Positions 47,773 through 59,683 of a DNA stretch of 64,000 nucleotides are shown here, in pieces; the first letter of the stretch is position 1, and each line of letters begins with the position of its first letter. The notes beneath the pieces are model-generated. The model saw only the letters and a list, made by a program, of their open reading frames with translations. It searched no databases and was not told where the DNA came from. Position numbers and translations under genes: made by a program. This DNA comes from Zancudomyces culisetae HAW-14-8 (taxonomy: Eukaryota > Fungi > Kickxellomycota), in NCBI GenBank assembly GCA_052426225.1, contig JBNJNM010000012.1, forward strand, positions 2,356,001 through 2,420,000. Direction: 5' to 3'.

Positions 47773-50700
47773 CTAAACTAGATCAGACACGTTTCCATTA
47801 GTATTTGCAGCAGTTGACTTGCTATTACTGCTTATAAACAAAAGCGAATCTTCAAACAAACCATCGTGCTGCGACAACAACCTATATTCTTCCTCGTCGC
47901 CATTCCAATATCTCCAACAGTTTGTTAAAATGCCCAAATCATACGGATTATTTTTGAAATCCTCTTCATCCCCACCAAAACGCTGGAAATGGTCAGCGTT
48001 GGACATGCCCATTCTTTGGTACTTGTATCCTCTATACCCGCTGCTGTCACTTCTATTACCATTGTTTTTACTGTTACTGCCGTTGAACTGCCTTGTCAAT
48101 AAAGGGAAAAGCCTGCTGAACGCACTACCACCTCTTTGGCGCTCGCTCCTTATTCTTCTGTTATCATCATCGCCATCACCATCACCACCCTCATTATCGT
48201 TGTCAAAGTTGGCATTTACATTGAGACCAGTATCAACTTTCGAGTAAAGGTTGGATTTATTGGTTGTAGTGGCAAATTTACTGGTTAGGTACTTAGGAAT
48301 CAATCTATTTTTTCTGTTTTGAACATTTTTGTCGCGATGGATTTGTTCTGCACTAGTCATATTAATTGCAATTTGATAGAGTTGTACAAACAACAAAATA
48401 ATCACCCAGCTAAGCATAATGGTTGTCCAGATGGTCGTGTATATCATCCAACTAGCCGCATAGTCTTGAAACAACCCGCACACGTATTTGCCCCACAAAT
48501 AACAATACCCTTCAGATGCAAAACCAACATTTTCGTCATGTCTATCACTGTTGGCGGACACCATTCCCATCATTGATCCTCCTGGTACTTCATAAACCAC
48601 ATCATACATTCGACCCAGATAGTATGATGTCGCAAAGACAAATCCCCAGCCACACAACAATATCCCCACCACAAAAAACATGAATACCCGCGAATTGTTA
48701 TATCCAATACACCCACAAGTCCATGGACAATGATGATCGAGCTTCACTATACACCGGTCACAGATCTTGCAATGTTTAGATCGTAGTGGTCGTATAATCA
48801 AGCAAGTCTTACAGAAATTGGACGCGTTGTACATTCCATGGTCTATCAACTTGTTTATTCGATTTTCTACTATCTGGTGAAGTTGTTGCCTGGTAATAAC
48901 ATCGACATTTATGTTTCGACTACCAATGTTACTGTTGCTAGCACCCATACCACCACTGTTGGTATTGCCACTGATATTTTCATAATTGCTGTTGTTAGTT
49001 GTGTCGGTGATGGGAGTGTTGCTGCCTAGCTGAATCTTGGGCAAATACCCAGGATCACCAAAATACACCAACTTGCTGTATGTATATCCAGTCACTACTA
49101 CTGCAACCGCAATCACTAAATTAGCTATGCGCATAACCATCACATCTGTTGTAGTTCCACCAACACTAATATATTTCCCCAGTACTATATACCTGATCCA
49201 TGTATACACATCCATAAAATATGAAACTACAAATATGCTCGCATAAAATGGACTTTTCAGCATTTCTATGTTGCTACCAGCTCCACCACCAGCTCCAAGC
49301 CCCGATACTCCCTCATCCATCCCCATATCTGACTGCGGCTGTAGTGGAGGAATCCCGGCCTTTGTCTTGAGCGAATTAGAATAATCTACCTTCAAAATAT
49401 ATCTGGTCACCAATATCACCATTGCAGCATTAATCGCAGAAAACATCACCAAACCAATGTACCACGGATACACAGATAGCGCCTTTATAGCTAGCGGAAC
49501 AAATACCATTGGTGTTAGTGTTGTAAGTACTTTTCTCTTTGACACACTCATCGACATAAACGCAGGAATGTGTATCCGTCTATCAGCTGATGAGTGTATG
49601 AGCCCAGAGGTAAGCCTGGATCTGGATAGACTCACAAATGCTTTTCTCAAAGTCCCGAATATTTGAACTTTGTCCTTGGCCATTTCTCGCACCCGCTTTT
49701 CAACACTTGTTACTTGTTTGATTATTCCAAAGTCTACTGCTACTTGTCTCGCCGTTTTACCTCGAATGCCCACGTGTGCGTTACCACCAACACTTCCATC
49801 TTCCACTGGCAATACAGAATACTCTGGAATGTCTAAATTACCACCATTGGTAAGTAACAGGCCTATAACGCCCATATCCATTTTAACCATTCCATAATGC
49901 AATGCTGTCTTCCCAGTACTGCTATCCTGCTTGTTCACATACTTTTTGACATACTCTGGTGGTTTATATGCCCCGTAAAACCGTAATATTGTAGCTGTTA
50001 TTTCTTCACTTCCCGAATACGCCGCCCACATTAGTGGTGTAATCCCGTTATTGTCACCTTGCTCTAACAGATCCATAACCGCATGTTCGCCATACTGCGC
50101 TATCACTGCTAGTATTATGTACAAAACCATAAGGTTTGAGTTGGAATGCACACCCACGTGTAGGATTGTATACCCACCATCGTCCACAACCTTAGTTATC
50201 GCCAACTCTTCTAAAATATCGTTTTCCTTTATGTTGTATTGTTTTTCTTGTCGTTTACCCTCACCTTCTTCCTCCGTTTGTTGTTGATTATTACCTTCTT
50301 TTGGGGATTTCATAATAGTATTATCTCTTTCGCTAAAACCCGATCCTGTTTTTGTTTTCTTCATGTTTTCGGTCTTTTTAATATCAAGACTACCACTGTC
50401 CTTACTGTATAGCTCAAAAAAATATTTAAACACCCCAAATTGCAACTGCCTGCAAGCCCAAAATATAGGCGGTGCTTTCATTTCTCCTCCTCTCTCGTAA
50501 TACTTGACATTGTACTTTTCAATCAGTAATTTCACCACATTCAGGTGTCCGTTAATACTAGCCCAATGCAGCGGTGTACAATTCCCCTCATCTCTACTGT
50601 TTGCTACTATTTTCACCCCACCCTTTTGTCCATATTTTATGTTATGTTCGATTGCAAATATATCACCGACCTGCGCTGCTCGCCAGATATCCATTGTACC

Positions 50701-51108
50701 AGCTGTCACTGCACTGTACGTCATTTTCACTGGATCCTGACTGCTTTCCCCGTCAGCTCGCGCATTCATAGATTCTTGTTCCCTTTCCTTACCAGTATTC
50801 CTATCCAATTTCTGCAACTCTATGTGTGATTCCTTTCCTGTTATCTCTTTACTACCACTACCACTACCAGTGTTGTTGTCATTACGGGTATTCATCCCAC
50901 CAATGTTGGTATCTGATCGAGCACTCGCTGAATCGTTGTTTAGAATGTTTATATTTCTGTTGATTTTGAGGCGCCCAATTAATTTATCTGCAGCCTCGCT
51001 CTGCTTATTTCTTGTAATTTTATTATTTATACTATTTTTGTTGTTTCTGCTACTCTCCTTACTAATTGAAAAAACGTCTAGTTTTGTTGTTTCAGCTATA
51101 CTCTTCAT
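47773..51108 (-). CDS. AKR1: Ankyrin-repeat DHHC palmitoyltransferase (Akr1/ZDHHC17-like)
   Basis: Ankyrin repeats (TPLHWASINGH, TPLMWAAYSG, TALHYG), transmembrane segments and FCKTCLIIRPLRSKHCKICDRCIVKLDHHCPW; C-terminal NPYDLG. Confidence 0.93.
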   Translation of the reverse strand: MKSIAETTKLDVFSISKESSRNNKNSINNKITRNKQSEAADKLIGRLKINRNINILNNDSASARSDTNIGGMNTRNDNNTGSGSGSKEITGKESHIELQKLDRNTGKEREQESMNARADGESSQDPVKMTYSAVTAGTMDIWRAAQVGDIFAIEHNIKYGQKGGVKIVANSRDEGNCTPLHWASINGHLNVVKLLIEKYNVKYYERGGEMKAPPIFWACRQLQFGVFKYFFELYSKDSGSLDIKKTENMKKTKTGSGFSERDNTIMKSPKEGNNQQQTEEEGEGKRQEKQYNIKENDILEELAITKVVDDGGYTILHVGVHSNSNLMVLYIILAVIAQYGEHAVMDLLEQGDNNGITPLMWAAYSGSEEITATILRFYGAYKPPEYVKKYVNKQDSSTGKTALHYGMVKMDMGVIGLLLTNGGNLDIPEYSVLPVEDGSVGGNAHVGIRGKTARQVAVDFGIIKQVTSVEKRVREMAKDKVQIFGTLRKAFVSLSRSRLTSGLIHSSADRRIHIPAFMSMSVSKRKVLTTLTPMVFVPLAIKALSVYPWYIGLVMFSAINAAMVILVTRYILKVDYSNSLKTKAGIPPLQPQSDMGMDEGVSGLGAGGGAGSNIEMLKSPFYASIFVVSYFMDVYTWIRYIVLGKYISVGGTTTDVMVMRIANLVIAVAVVVTGYTYSKLVYFGDPGYLPKIQLGSNTPITDTTNNSNYENISGNTNSGGMGASNSNIGSRNINVDVITRQQLHQIVENRINKLIDHGMYNASNFCKTCLIIRPLRSKHCKICDRCIVKLDHHCPWTCGCIGYNNSRVFMFFVVGILLCGWGFVFATSYYLGRMYDVVYEVPGGSMMGMVSANSDRHDENVGFASEGYCYLWGKYVCGLFQDYAASWMIYTTIWTTIMLSWVIILLFVQLYQIAINMTSAEQIHRDKNVQNRKNRLIPKYLTSKFATTTNKSNLYSKVDTGLNVNANFDNDNEGGDGDGDDDNRRIRSERQRGGSAFSRLFPLLTRQFNGSNSKNNGNRSDSSGYRGYKYQRMGMSNADHFQRFGGDEEDFKNNPYDLGILTNCWRYWNGDEEEYRLLSQHDGLFEDSLLFISSNSKSTAANTNGNVSDLV

Positions 51109-51359
51109 GCTATAAATTTCGCTATTTTTTTCTATTGTTTAGATTTTTTTGGCTTCATTTTTTTCATTTAACAAAAAAAAATAATGTAATTGAAAATACA
51201 AGTAAACAAGTTAATTGATTCTTTGATTAAAAACGCAAATATAGCAAAATATGTCTACAGTATTAATGTATATAAATAAGAATTAAGTAAAAAACAGTAT
51301 GTAAAAAGTAATAGTTAACTCTATCATTAAAAAAAAAAGTTATCAAAATATGTTAATTA

Positions 51360-51716
51360 TTATCGTCTCATTGCAATATTAACTATTATAGCGTTTGCTG
51401 CACTCAATGCAACAAATAGAATTATTAACGATTTCCAGTGTCTTGGGATAATGTACTGCGTTTTATTTCGACAACATGTTAGAAATACGGCAACGGATAT
51501 AAATATAACAGAGTAACCCACCTCCACCATAAGAATAACCAATGCAACAGATCTGAATTGAACATTGTCAGTAATGTAATAGATGATGACACATAATATT
51601 CCTATCAAATTGATACCTATCGGAACGAGAAAACCCAGTATGCTGAGAGGTGAAAGCAGACCATGATATTTTATCTCGTTCTGCTGTGGTAGTTGAAGAT
51701 CTCCAGTATTATCCAT
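51360..51716 (-). CDS. Small three-TM membrane protein, tandem paralogue 1
   Basis: 118 aa with three hydrophobic segments; colinear with 52338-52694 (IKYHGLL, LIILMVEVxYSV-type segment, PxHWK). Confidence 0.8.
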   Translation of the reverse strand: MDNTGDLQLPQQNEIKYHGLLSPLSILGFLVPIGINLIGILCVIIYYITDNVQFRSVALVILMVEVGYSVIFISVAVFLTCCRNKTQYIIPRHWKSLIILFVALSAANAIIVNIAMRR

Positions 51717-52111
51717 TATTTATTAGTTGTATTTTGATATATTATTTAATTATGTGTTATGTATATCATTTAACTCTATCTATTCATAGTTACTGGGTCC
51801 GTGTGTAAGGCATATTTGACCGTTTATATATAAACGTTGTAAAAAACCATCGTCTTTAACACAAACATTGGTATATAAAATATGAAATATATTTGATTGA
51901 TTATATAATTCACATGCATTTAAAACTATGGCAATAGCATCAATCTCTTTGGAAATGAATCTTGGTTGGTCTTGGCCTTTTCCCAATGCACAATAAAAAT
52001 GTAAACGATTTTATAAATTTTCGGTATTATTTCAATATTTCCATCAATCTCTCCATCTATAACCTCCCCAATCTCATAAATACAAAACGTCAACAGACTC
52101 GCAAAATAGAT

Positions 52112-52152
52112 TTTGTATCTTAGAATAAGCACGAGTTATTCTAAGATACAAA
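52112..52152. repeat. Perfect 17-bp inverted repeat with 7-nt spacer
   Basis: TTTGTATCTTAGAATAA-gcacgag-TTATTCTAAGATACAAA. Confidence 0.9.
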
Positions 52153-52337
52153 CCTTATGAGCAGAATCCCTACGTAGTTACATTTAGTAGAACTAGTATC
52201 TCTTTCCATTTGATTTATTTTGATTGAGGTGTTAAGTGAACATTTAATAAAAAATAAAAAGTCAAAAGTAACTAAAAAATAAAAGATTTTAACTGATTCA
52301 AATTAAATACATATGTTACATAAAATATATTAATATA

Positions 52338-52694
52338 CTATTTTCTAAATGCAATCCTTACTAATAGAGCGTTTACTCCAGCCAATATAGCCAATATAAG
52401 CAATAGTATTTTCCAGTGACTTGGCATAGTATAATACCTTTTACCTCGACAAAAAGCTAGAAATATGATGATGGATAAATATGTAACGCTGTAAGCCACT
52501 TCCACCATAAGAATAATCAATGCAGCGAGTTGAAGGCCATAACTGTAGGTAATGAGAAATATGGTAGCACATATTACTCCTGCTGAGCTGAGACCTATCG
52601 GAATGAGAAAAGTGAATATACAGATAGGTAAAAGTAAACCATGATATTTTATCCCAGTTTGCTGCAATGGTTGTACTCCCTTGGTATTATTCAT
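52338..52694 (-). CDS. Small three-TM membrane protein, tandem paralogue 2
   Basis: 118 aa, same length and colinear with 51360-51716; upstream region also duplicated. Confidence 0.8.
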   Translation of the reverse strand: MNNTKGVQPLQQTGIKYHGLLLPICIFTFLIPIGLSSAGVICATIFLITYSYGLQLAALIILMVEVAYSVTYLSIIIFLAFCRGKRYYTMPSHWKILLLILAILAGVNALLVRIAFRK

Positions 52695-53251
52695 TATTTA
52701 TTATTCATTGTTCATTATTCATTATTCATTTTATTATTATTTATTATTATTTATTAATTGTATTTCGGTATATCATTTAATTATATCTATTCATAGTTAA
52801 TGGATCTGTGTGTGAGGCAGTCTCAACTGATTGTATAAATGCTGTAAAAATTATCGTCTTGATTGACACAAACACTGGTATATAAACCTACGCAATAACA
52901 ACAATATCTTAGGAAAATGGCCCCTGGTTGGCCTTGGTTGGCCTTGGCTTTTCTCCATGAAAAGTTGAATTATAGTAGAATTAGAAAATCATTACATTTT
53001 TTTCGTAATTGGTTTAGAAAATATATTTTGATTTTATTAAAACGTGTATAACAAAGAGATTAACCCTTGAAGTCATATACCCATTTAGACTTTTCGGTCA
53101 TCTTATTGGCAACTAATACTCGCGTGATTCGCACTAGGAATATTATGGGTGCCGTAGGAACTTCACATATATATCTCTTAGGGATGAGTATCTGTATTGG
53201 CGTGGTTTCATGATACAATTTCTGTGAGGCTATTGGTTTATGTTTTGGCAT

Positions 53252-53349
53252 TAGTTTTAGTTTTGATTTTGGTTTTAGTTTTGGTTTTGATTTTGGTTTT
53301 AGTTTTAGTTTTGGTTTTGGTTTTGGTTTTAGTTGCAGTTTTAGTTTTT
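53252..53349. repeat. Degenerate (TTTTAG/TTTTGG/TTTTGA)n hexamer microsatellite
   Basis: About 15 tandem TTTTRR units read directly. Confidence 0.85.
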
Positions 53350-54168
53350 GTGATTCTTTGACTTTTCCATCTTTTAAATATGTGCAATCGTTCCAAAACT
53401 TTTACCATGTTAACACAAATTAACTCGCTTTATTTTGTCATTATATTTGGTCAATATTATTATCATAGTTGGTTTACCAAAATGCAAAAACATGATAATG
53501 TGACAATTTCCAATCAAAATAAAATAAAACCCAGGAACCTGAGAACCAAGGATTGGGCAATGAAAGTCAACCCTAGGGATTCATATGCGGATGTTATTGT
53601 TCATCTTTCAGCCTAACAACTCTTTCCAAGCTATACATCGAGTACGGGTATGGTATATGGAAATGACCCTCTCACCTATAACATACCATTCTTCAGTATC
53701 CATACAACTAAGACAAAATGAAGCAAAATGAGGAGGAGTGGAGAGCGGGCGGTTGAAGGGCAGCGACCCCAACAGTTTAACTAAGGGCTATTTGCTCTCA
53801 AAATCAGAATGCCCCGAATTTTCTTTCACACTTGTCCAACAGTTAAATCACATAAATATATCAATGACATTGGGGTGTTCAGCCATTCCAGAATTCACTT
53901 TTGATTCCCCCTTTAATGTCTCTTATAAACCAACACAATTAGTTTCCAACTAAACCTGTTTTTTTTTGTACTTGAACTACTCTTTATATACCAAAATCTT
54001 AACGAGTGTTCCAACCATGTATAGATTCTTGCGACATCTCCTAGAAACATGTTATCATTTGATAATAAACATTTAAAACAGAGCTAGATTTAAAATAATA
54101 AAGCTAGTAAACCAAATGGCAGAAAAATAAAAGGAGTTTATCCCTTCTAATTTCCAAACAGGTTATCT

Positions 54169-55035
54169 TTACTGAGTGTTGGCGCTATTTCTGGAGTTCC
54201 AGAGTCTCTTGACATATGCTGTGATTCCAACATCCTTGGTGTTAATTATGTAGCATCCGTATAGTGCCAAGGCAGCTCCGATCTTCAACATCCATGTGAA
54301 CAAGAAGTGGAGTTTTGGATATCTGTCTGCTCTTACGTAGTCACCAATAGGTTGGCATATACCAAAGTATGCGTGGATTGGGAAGGCTATTCCTAGCAAG
54401 AAATCATTGATTGGTTGTGGTCCGTAAAACACAGATACACCAATAAGAGGAATCAAACTGATTGTGACGTATGTGTCCAGGTTCTCGTGTACTACAGCGC
54501 TTTTATCTGATGGAAGTTTGGCAATAGCTATATCATACATTTATTGTGTGTTAAACAAAAGAATCCCATCAATACTTGGTATGTTAACTATAACTATGAT
54601 CGTTTTTTCTTTTGCTGTGTTAATGAGAAGAAAAAACCACAGCTGTTTTTGGGTTTGTACTTACTGTCTGGGTTTGGGAATGGCTTTCCAATACTAACGA
54701 CTCTTGCTATTTACATTTTATATGGAAAAAGTTAGCATGTTTTTCTTCTCTGCCTTTCTCTTACAATCTTTATATTAAATATCAATCCACTGAATTGCCA
54801 TCAACAACAAAACCAAAAAACTAAAAAAAAAAAACATAATGAAGAGCAAAGAACACACAAAATTTACATAAAGAAAATACTACTTACAGGTGTGGAGCAT
54901 TGAGACTCTGTCTCTAATTGAAAGTCCTGAGGCTCTGGTCATTGGGCTAACGGCAAGAGCGGCACCGACTCTGGTTGCTCTCATTGGTAGTTGTCTACCA
55001 AGAACTCTAAAGGATGTTGCTGTTACTCCGAACAT
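54169..55035 (-). CDS. SDH4: Succinate dehydrogenase membrane anchor CybS (Sdh4/Tim18 family), 3 exons
   Basis: Arg-rich mitochondrial presequence exon MFGVTATSFRVLGRQLPMRATR...; short exon 2; exon 3 with HAYFG...IGDYV and YGCYIINTKDVGITAYVKRLW. GTAAGT donors with compatible phases. Confidence 0.85.
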
Positions 55036-57106
55036 TTTTCTATTTAATTAGGCAAAGATTGTTTTATTTTTAGTGCGGGTTAGAATTGAATTAGCGAGGC
55101 GTTCTTTGCGGGATTGGAGAAACAGCTGTGTTTTTGCTAGTAGTTCCAGAAATGTGGGTTGTAATTTGTATCGGGCACTTACTTTTTTTTTTAGAAACAA
55201 ACAAAAACAATATAACAAACAATAGTATTTATTATTCAAGTTAATATTTCATACAAGAGAAAGTTTTATGTGTTGATATTTTTGTTTATCATGTAGATAT
55301 TGAAAAAACAAAAAAAAATAAAGTAAAAAAAACTGATAAATACAAATAGCGTGTTTATTCCAATTTGGTTATCATAAAAGCACCATTTTTTTTTTTGCTA
55401 TTACGATTATTATTATCCGAAAGAATGGCTTTTGTTATTATTTATCATGCTTAGATTAAATTAACACTGAAAAAAAATTAAAAAATTGTGCTATATTTTT
55501 TTAATTGTATACAAATGATAAAAACAGCAGACATATAGTTAGAAAGAAAATCAAAGCATTTATCAACAATATCGTACTATTTGCCACCAACTTTGTTTTT
55601 TATTTTTCTCTGAGGTTACTAGCCAGTTTACAATAATCTTTTGGGGTTTATCAAGATAAAAAATCAGTCGCTTCATGTAATAATCCCATCCACCATGATC
55701 TTGCTCTAGTATCAGTTTATGGAGTTAAAAATGAAAAGTCTGATTTTCAAAACTGAAGAACCAGCAATTATCGTAGTTTTTCTCTTTTACGCTTTTCAAA
55801 ATTGAGATGTTAAATATCTCCCTAAAAAAAAAAGGTGATATTTTCGTATTTTGTTCTTGTTTTATTGGGGGAGATGTAGAAGGTGAGAGAAAGAGTATAT
55901 GGTGATAAGCTTCATCACAAACATCACAAAGAAAAAAAAAAGAAAAAGAAAAACAGAAAGCTCTATGGTACGAGAGTGATATTGGTCAGTACTTGTTTCT
56001 AAAATATCATTGTATACCTCTTGTATGAAGGGGGAAGGGTGTTTTCTTGTTTTATGACTCCACTGGTTTGTTGAGTAGATTTTTATATATTTCTTTTCCA
56101 AACTACCATCAATCCTAGCATTGAGCGAAAAGTTGGTATTTTCAATAACTGATAGCCATTTAATATCAAATATTGAATATAATATATCTCGTAAAGTAGG
56201 AATTATAATATCAACACATTGAATATAAATGGTGGTTGGTGTTATTTCTGTTCAAGTATTTTGAGATGCTAGTTTCTTGATCACCAGAGTGTGGTAAGAG
56301 TAAAAAACATGGTGGTTTTAATAAAATAGGAATTTAACCAGCAAAAAAAACGGTCTGGATGTATATGTAGAGAGGATGAAAGAGTGTAGATGTGTATCAA
56401 AGTGAATGATAGAAATGTGATATAAAAAGTCAAGTCGGTATATTCGATATCACTGTGGACCGAGTTGAGGCTACATCACTCTAGTTCCGATGTTGTATTT
56501 TAGAAAGATGAAAATTGTATAGTTGTATTAAGGTTTAAAAGTATCCTAGAAGTTGCAAAAAAAAATTTTTTTTATTTGGGTGGATGAGAAAAAGGCAGAG
56601 AGATGGAGGGGGAGAGGAAGGGGAGAGGAAGGAAAAAATAAGGGGAGAGTTGCTTAAAAATAATTAAATCAATATGCAAATATCGGGTGGTAAAAATTAT
56701 AACTAATATACCAGAGTTAAATGTAAATAATACTTTTTGTGAGGAAACTTAAGGTTTGAAAAGGAGTGTAGCACATATATTTATATTAACTTCAATCTAT
56801 GTGTATCTATTGGAGAATCTGAAGGAAAAAAAATAAAATCAAAAGAAAATTGGGGATTCGATAATTAGCCCAAGGTTGGAAATATAGGTGGGTAAAAAGG
56901 AAAATAAAACAAAATCGACACGTTTGTAGATTAAAAAACGTAAAAGGTCCGGCTTAGTGAAGAATAAAGAGCAAGAGAAACGAAAAGAGTTCGAAATTCG
57001 AAATTTCAATTATCACTTTTTTCTTCTGGATTTAGGTGATTGAGTCAATTTATTATACAACAGGAAAAACAATAGAAAAGAAAAAGAGAGAGCGAGAAAA
57101 TAAGAT

Positions 57107-59533
57107 ATGGAACAGGATATTATAGAAAGAACAACGGGATTAAAAATAAGTTCCAAAAAGCAGAAAAGTAAGAACCGATTGAGTGGGCCGATCATCGGAG
57201 GACATGGAAAATCATATGAAGAAAAATGGATAGGAAGTCCGAAGCAAGTGTATAATACAGAACAGAACCGAAGTGGGCCACAATCGAGTAGAAGTGGAGG
57301 AAGTTTTGGGGGTGGTGGAATTAGTCCATCAATAGGTTCATTACTGGGAGCAAGTGGAAGGCCAGCAAGCTTGGAGAATAAAAAGAAAATGGCAACAACA
57401 CCAACGGGAACACAAAGTGGAATGAGAAAAAGTAAGGACAAAGGCTCTGCAGGAATAAATGCAGAGGTTAAAATTGCGGGGGGAAAAGGAATCGGTGGCG
57501 ATGTCGACAAGGATAATGCAAGCAAAAACAAGAGCGGTGGCAGCCAATCTATGTTGGGTCAGCTTTTGGGAAAAGGAAATACACAGGGCGAGGAGCCAGT
57601 ACAGCAGGAAAAGACTAAAGCCGAATTAAAGGCTGAACGGGCCAGACAGCATCAGGAACGATTGGCAAAGCAAGGAATACCAACAAGCAAAAGTCAATCA
57701 CAAAAGAACATGACTAAGCAAGAGCGAAGAGCTCTACAAGAGGCTCAGCGGGAGGCCAAGTTGCAAAAGGACAAAGGAGGAGTTAAAATGGACGGAAGAG
57801 CAGGGGGGGATAGAGGAGCAGGAGTAGGACAGGGAGGAAAACTGTTTTCACCATCTGGAACAGGGGTAGCAGCAATGGGAGCGGATACGGGGGCAGGTTT
57901 GGGGGCAGGATCAGGAATAGCAACAGGAGGAGGCGGTGGAAGTGGTGATGTGGGAGTAGGAGCAGATGAGTCAGGTCGAGGACTCAGCAGCTACCAAATA
58001 TTCAAGCAGGAGGAGAGTAGAATACTTGCAGAAAAGAAAATAGGAATGTTTGAACACATAAAAGAGCCAATCGGAAGGCCAGTGACGGAACAAATAGGTG
58101 CTCGACAACGAACACACATAACAGGAGGAATAGGAGGAATAGGAGCAGGAATGGGGGGAGGAATGACAGGACAGCAAGTAGCAGGTGGGCCAGGAATGGC
58201 AGGAGTAAAGAAGGTGGCAAAAGCACGGCCAAATATTCATCCAGCCATCAAAACAGTGGGGCTACGGATAGCTGCGCGCGAAATCGAAGAGACAAATGAA
58301 AAGACAGTGGCGGTGTTGCAGGCATGTATGGAGCTGGTAAAGAGTTACCGTACACCGCCGCGGCAGACGATGGCACGTGACCTACAGGTAGTATTCAACC
58401 ACAATATAGCGTTTCTAGTAGGACAGCAGCAACTGACTACGGGACTGGGCAACTGTATTCGATGGGTGAAGGAGAAGATCTCGGTGATGGATATTGACCA
58501 GGATGAGAGCAGCAACAAGGAGGAACTGCTAGCGGGAATGGCAGGGTTTATCAGTGAACGTATTACGGCTGCTGAATTATCAGTTGGCCAAACTGGAGCA
58601 CGCAAAATCAGCAGTGGCGATGTAGTGTTGACGTATGGATACTCCAGCTCGGTGTTCCAAATTCTGCATCATGCCCACGTGGATTTGGGGCTGAGATTCC
58701 GAGTTGTGGTGGTTGATTCGCGGCTCGATTTTGGCGGCCAGCGTATGGTTCGTCGGCTGACGAATATTGGAGTGCCGCCATGTGATATCTGTTACGGCTT
58801 GGTGTCTTCGGCTGGATATCTGATGAAGCAAGCCACTAAGCTTCTTGTGGGAGCCGAAGCAGTAGCCAGCAATGGGGCAGTAGTTGCTCGTGCTGGTACG
58901 GCACTTGTGGCACTTGCTGCACATACCCACAACGTGCCAGTGTTGGTGGCTTGCGAGACTTACAAGTTCTTTGATGATGTACGGCTTGATTCGGTTGTCA
59001 ACAATGTGTTGGGTAAGGCCCACGATTTGGTCATGTTGCCATCACATCCTGATGCCTCTAGTAATGGACTGGAGGCCATGCAGTATGCAGCCAATCCTGT
59101 AAATGCTCATACAGCCTGGCCTGCACTCAACAATACTCGAACAGCTTCTGATTCAATCAGCTTTACATCTATCCCCGACCTTGCAGACGAACCAACAGAG
59201 CCCCGCTTCTTTTCACACACCCGAATTCTGACCCGCCGCCACGCCCTGGATCTTCTGACTGGTCGACATACCGTGCTTGGCGCTGATGCTGCTTCGACAC
59301 CTGGCTCCCAACGCGCTGAACATTCTGCCCTGGATGCTACATCTGCTGCTCGTGTGTGGACTGACTTTGAAGATGCAAATCCACTGGCTGCATGGCGTGA
59401 AATCGACAATCTCAAAGTATTGAATCTAGCCTATGACGTCACACCGTCCAGCTTTATCAGTGTTGTCATTACCGAGCTGGGATTGATTCCAACTACTTCT
59501 GTTCCTGTTGTCTTGCGTGAATATAAGATTTAA
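57107..59533 (+). CDS. GCD2: Translation initiation factor eIF2B delta subunit
   Basis: TKQERRALQEAQR, IHPAIKTVGL, GNCIRWVK, GDVVLTYGYSS, FRVVVVDSR, SNGAVVARAGTALVAL, VPVLVACETYKF and LAYDVTP...VITELGLIPTTSVPVVLRE. Confidence 0.93.
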   Translation: MEQDIIERTTGLKISSKKQKSKNRLSGPIIGGHGKSYEEKWIGSPKQVYNTEQNRSGPQSSRSGGSFGGGGISPSIGSLLGASGRPASLENKKKMATTPTGTQSGMRKSKDKGSAGINAEVKIAGGKGIGGDVDKDNASKNKSGGSQSMLGQLLGKGNTQGEEPVQQEKTKAELKAERARQHQERLAKQGIPTSKSQSQKNMTKQERRALQEAQREAKLQKDKGGVKMDGRAGGDRGAGVGQGGKLFSPSGTGVAAMGADTGAGLGAGSGIATGGGGGSGDVGVGADESGRGLSSYQIFKQEESRILAEKKIGMFEHIKEPIGRPVTEQIGARQRTHITGGIGGIGAGMGGGMTGQQVAGGPGMAGVKKVAKARPNIHPAIKTVGLRIAAREIEETNEKTVAVLQACMELVKSYRTPPRQTMARDLQVVFNHNIAFLVGQQQLTTGLGNCIRWVKEKISVMDIDQDESSNKEELLAGMAGFISERITAAELSVGQTGARKISSGDVVLTYGYSSSVFQILHHAHVDLGLRFRVVVVDSRLDFGGQRMVRRLTNIGVPPCDICYGLVSSAGYLMKQATKLLVGAEAVASNGAVVARAGTALVALAAHTHNVPVLVACETYKFFDDVRLDSVVNNVLGKAHDLVMLPSHPDASSNGLEAMQYAANPVNAHTAWPALNNTRTASDSISFTSIPDLADEPTEPRFFSHTRILTRRHALDLLTGRHTVLGADAASTPGSQRAEHSALDATSAARVWTDFEDANPLAAWREIDNLKVLNLAYDVTPSSFISVVITELGLIPTTSVPVVLREYKI

Positions 59534-59683
59534 TTTTTATTATTTTGACTAATTTCCCAATATTTCGTATATTATATAATATATATTTATATTATTTATA
59601 TTATTTATATTATTTATATTATTTATATAAACAATCATACTAAGAAAGTTTGCAGGTTAAAGAAATATAAAATAATAGAATAA

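Noticed and set aside
55580-55588. Perfect PACE sequence (GGTGGCAAA on the minus strand)
   Set aside because: It lies between SDH4 and GCD2, about 6 kb from the proteasome gene promoter; a single 9-mer is compatible with chance.
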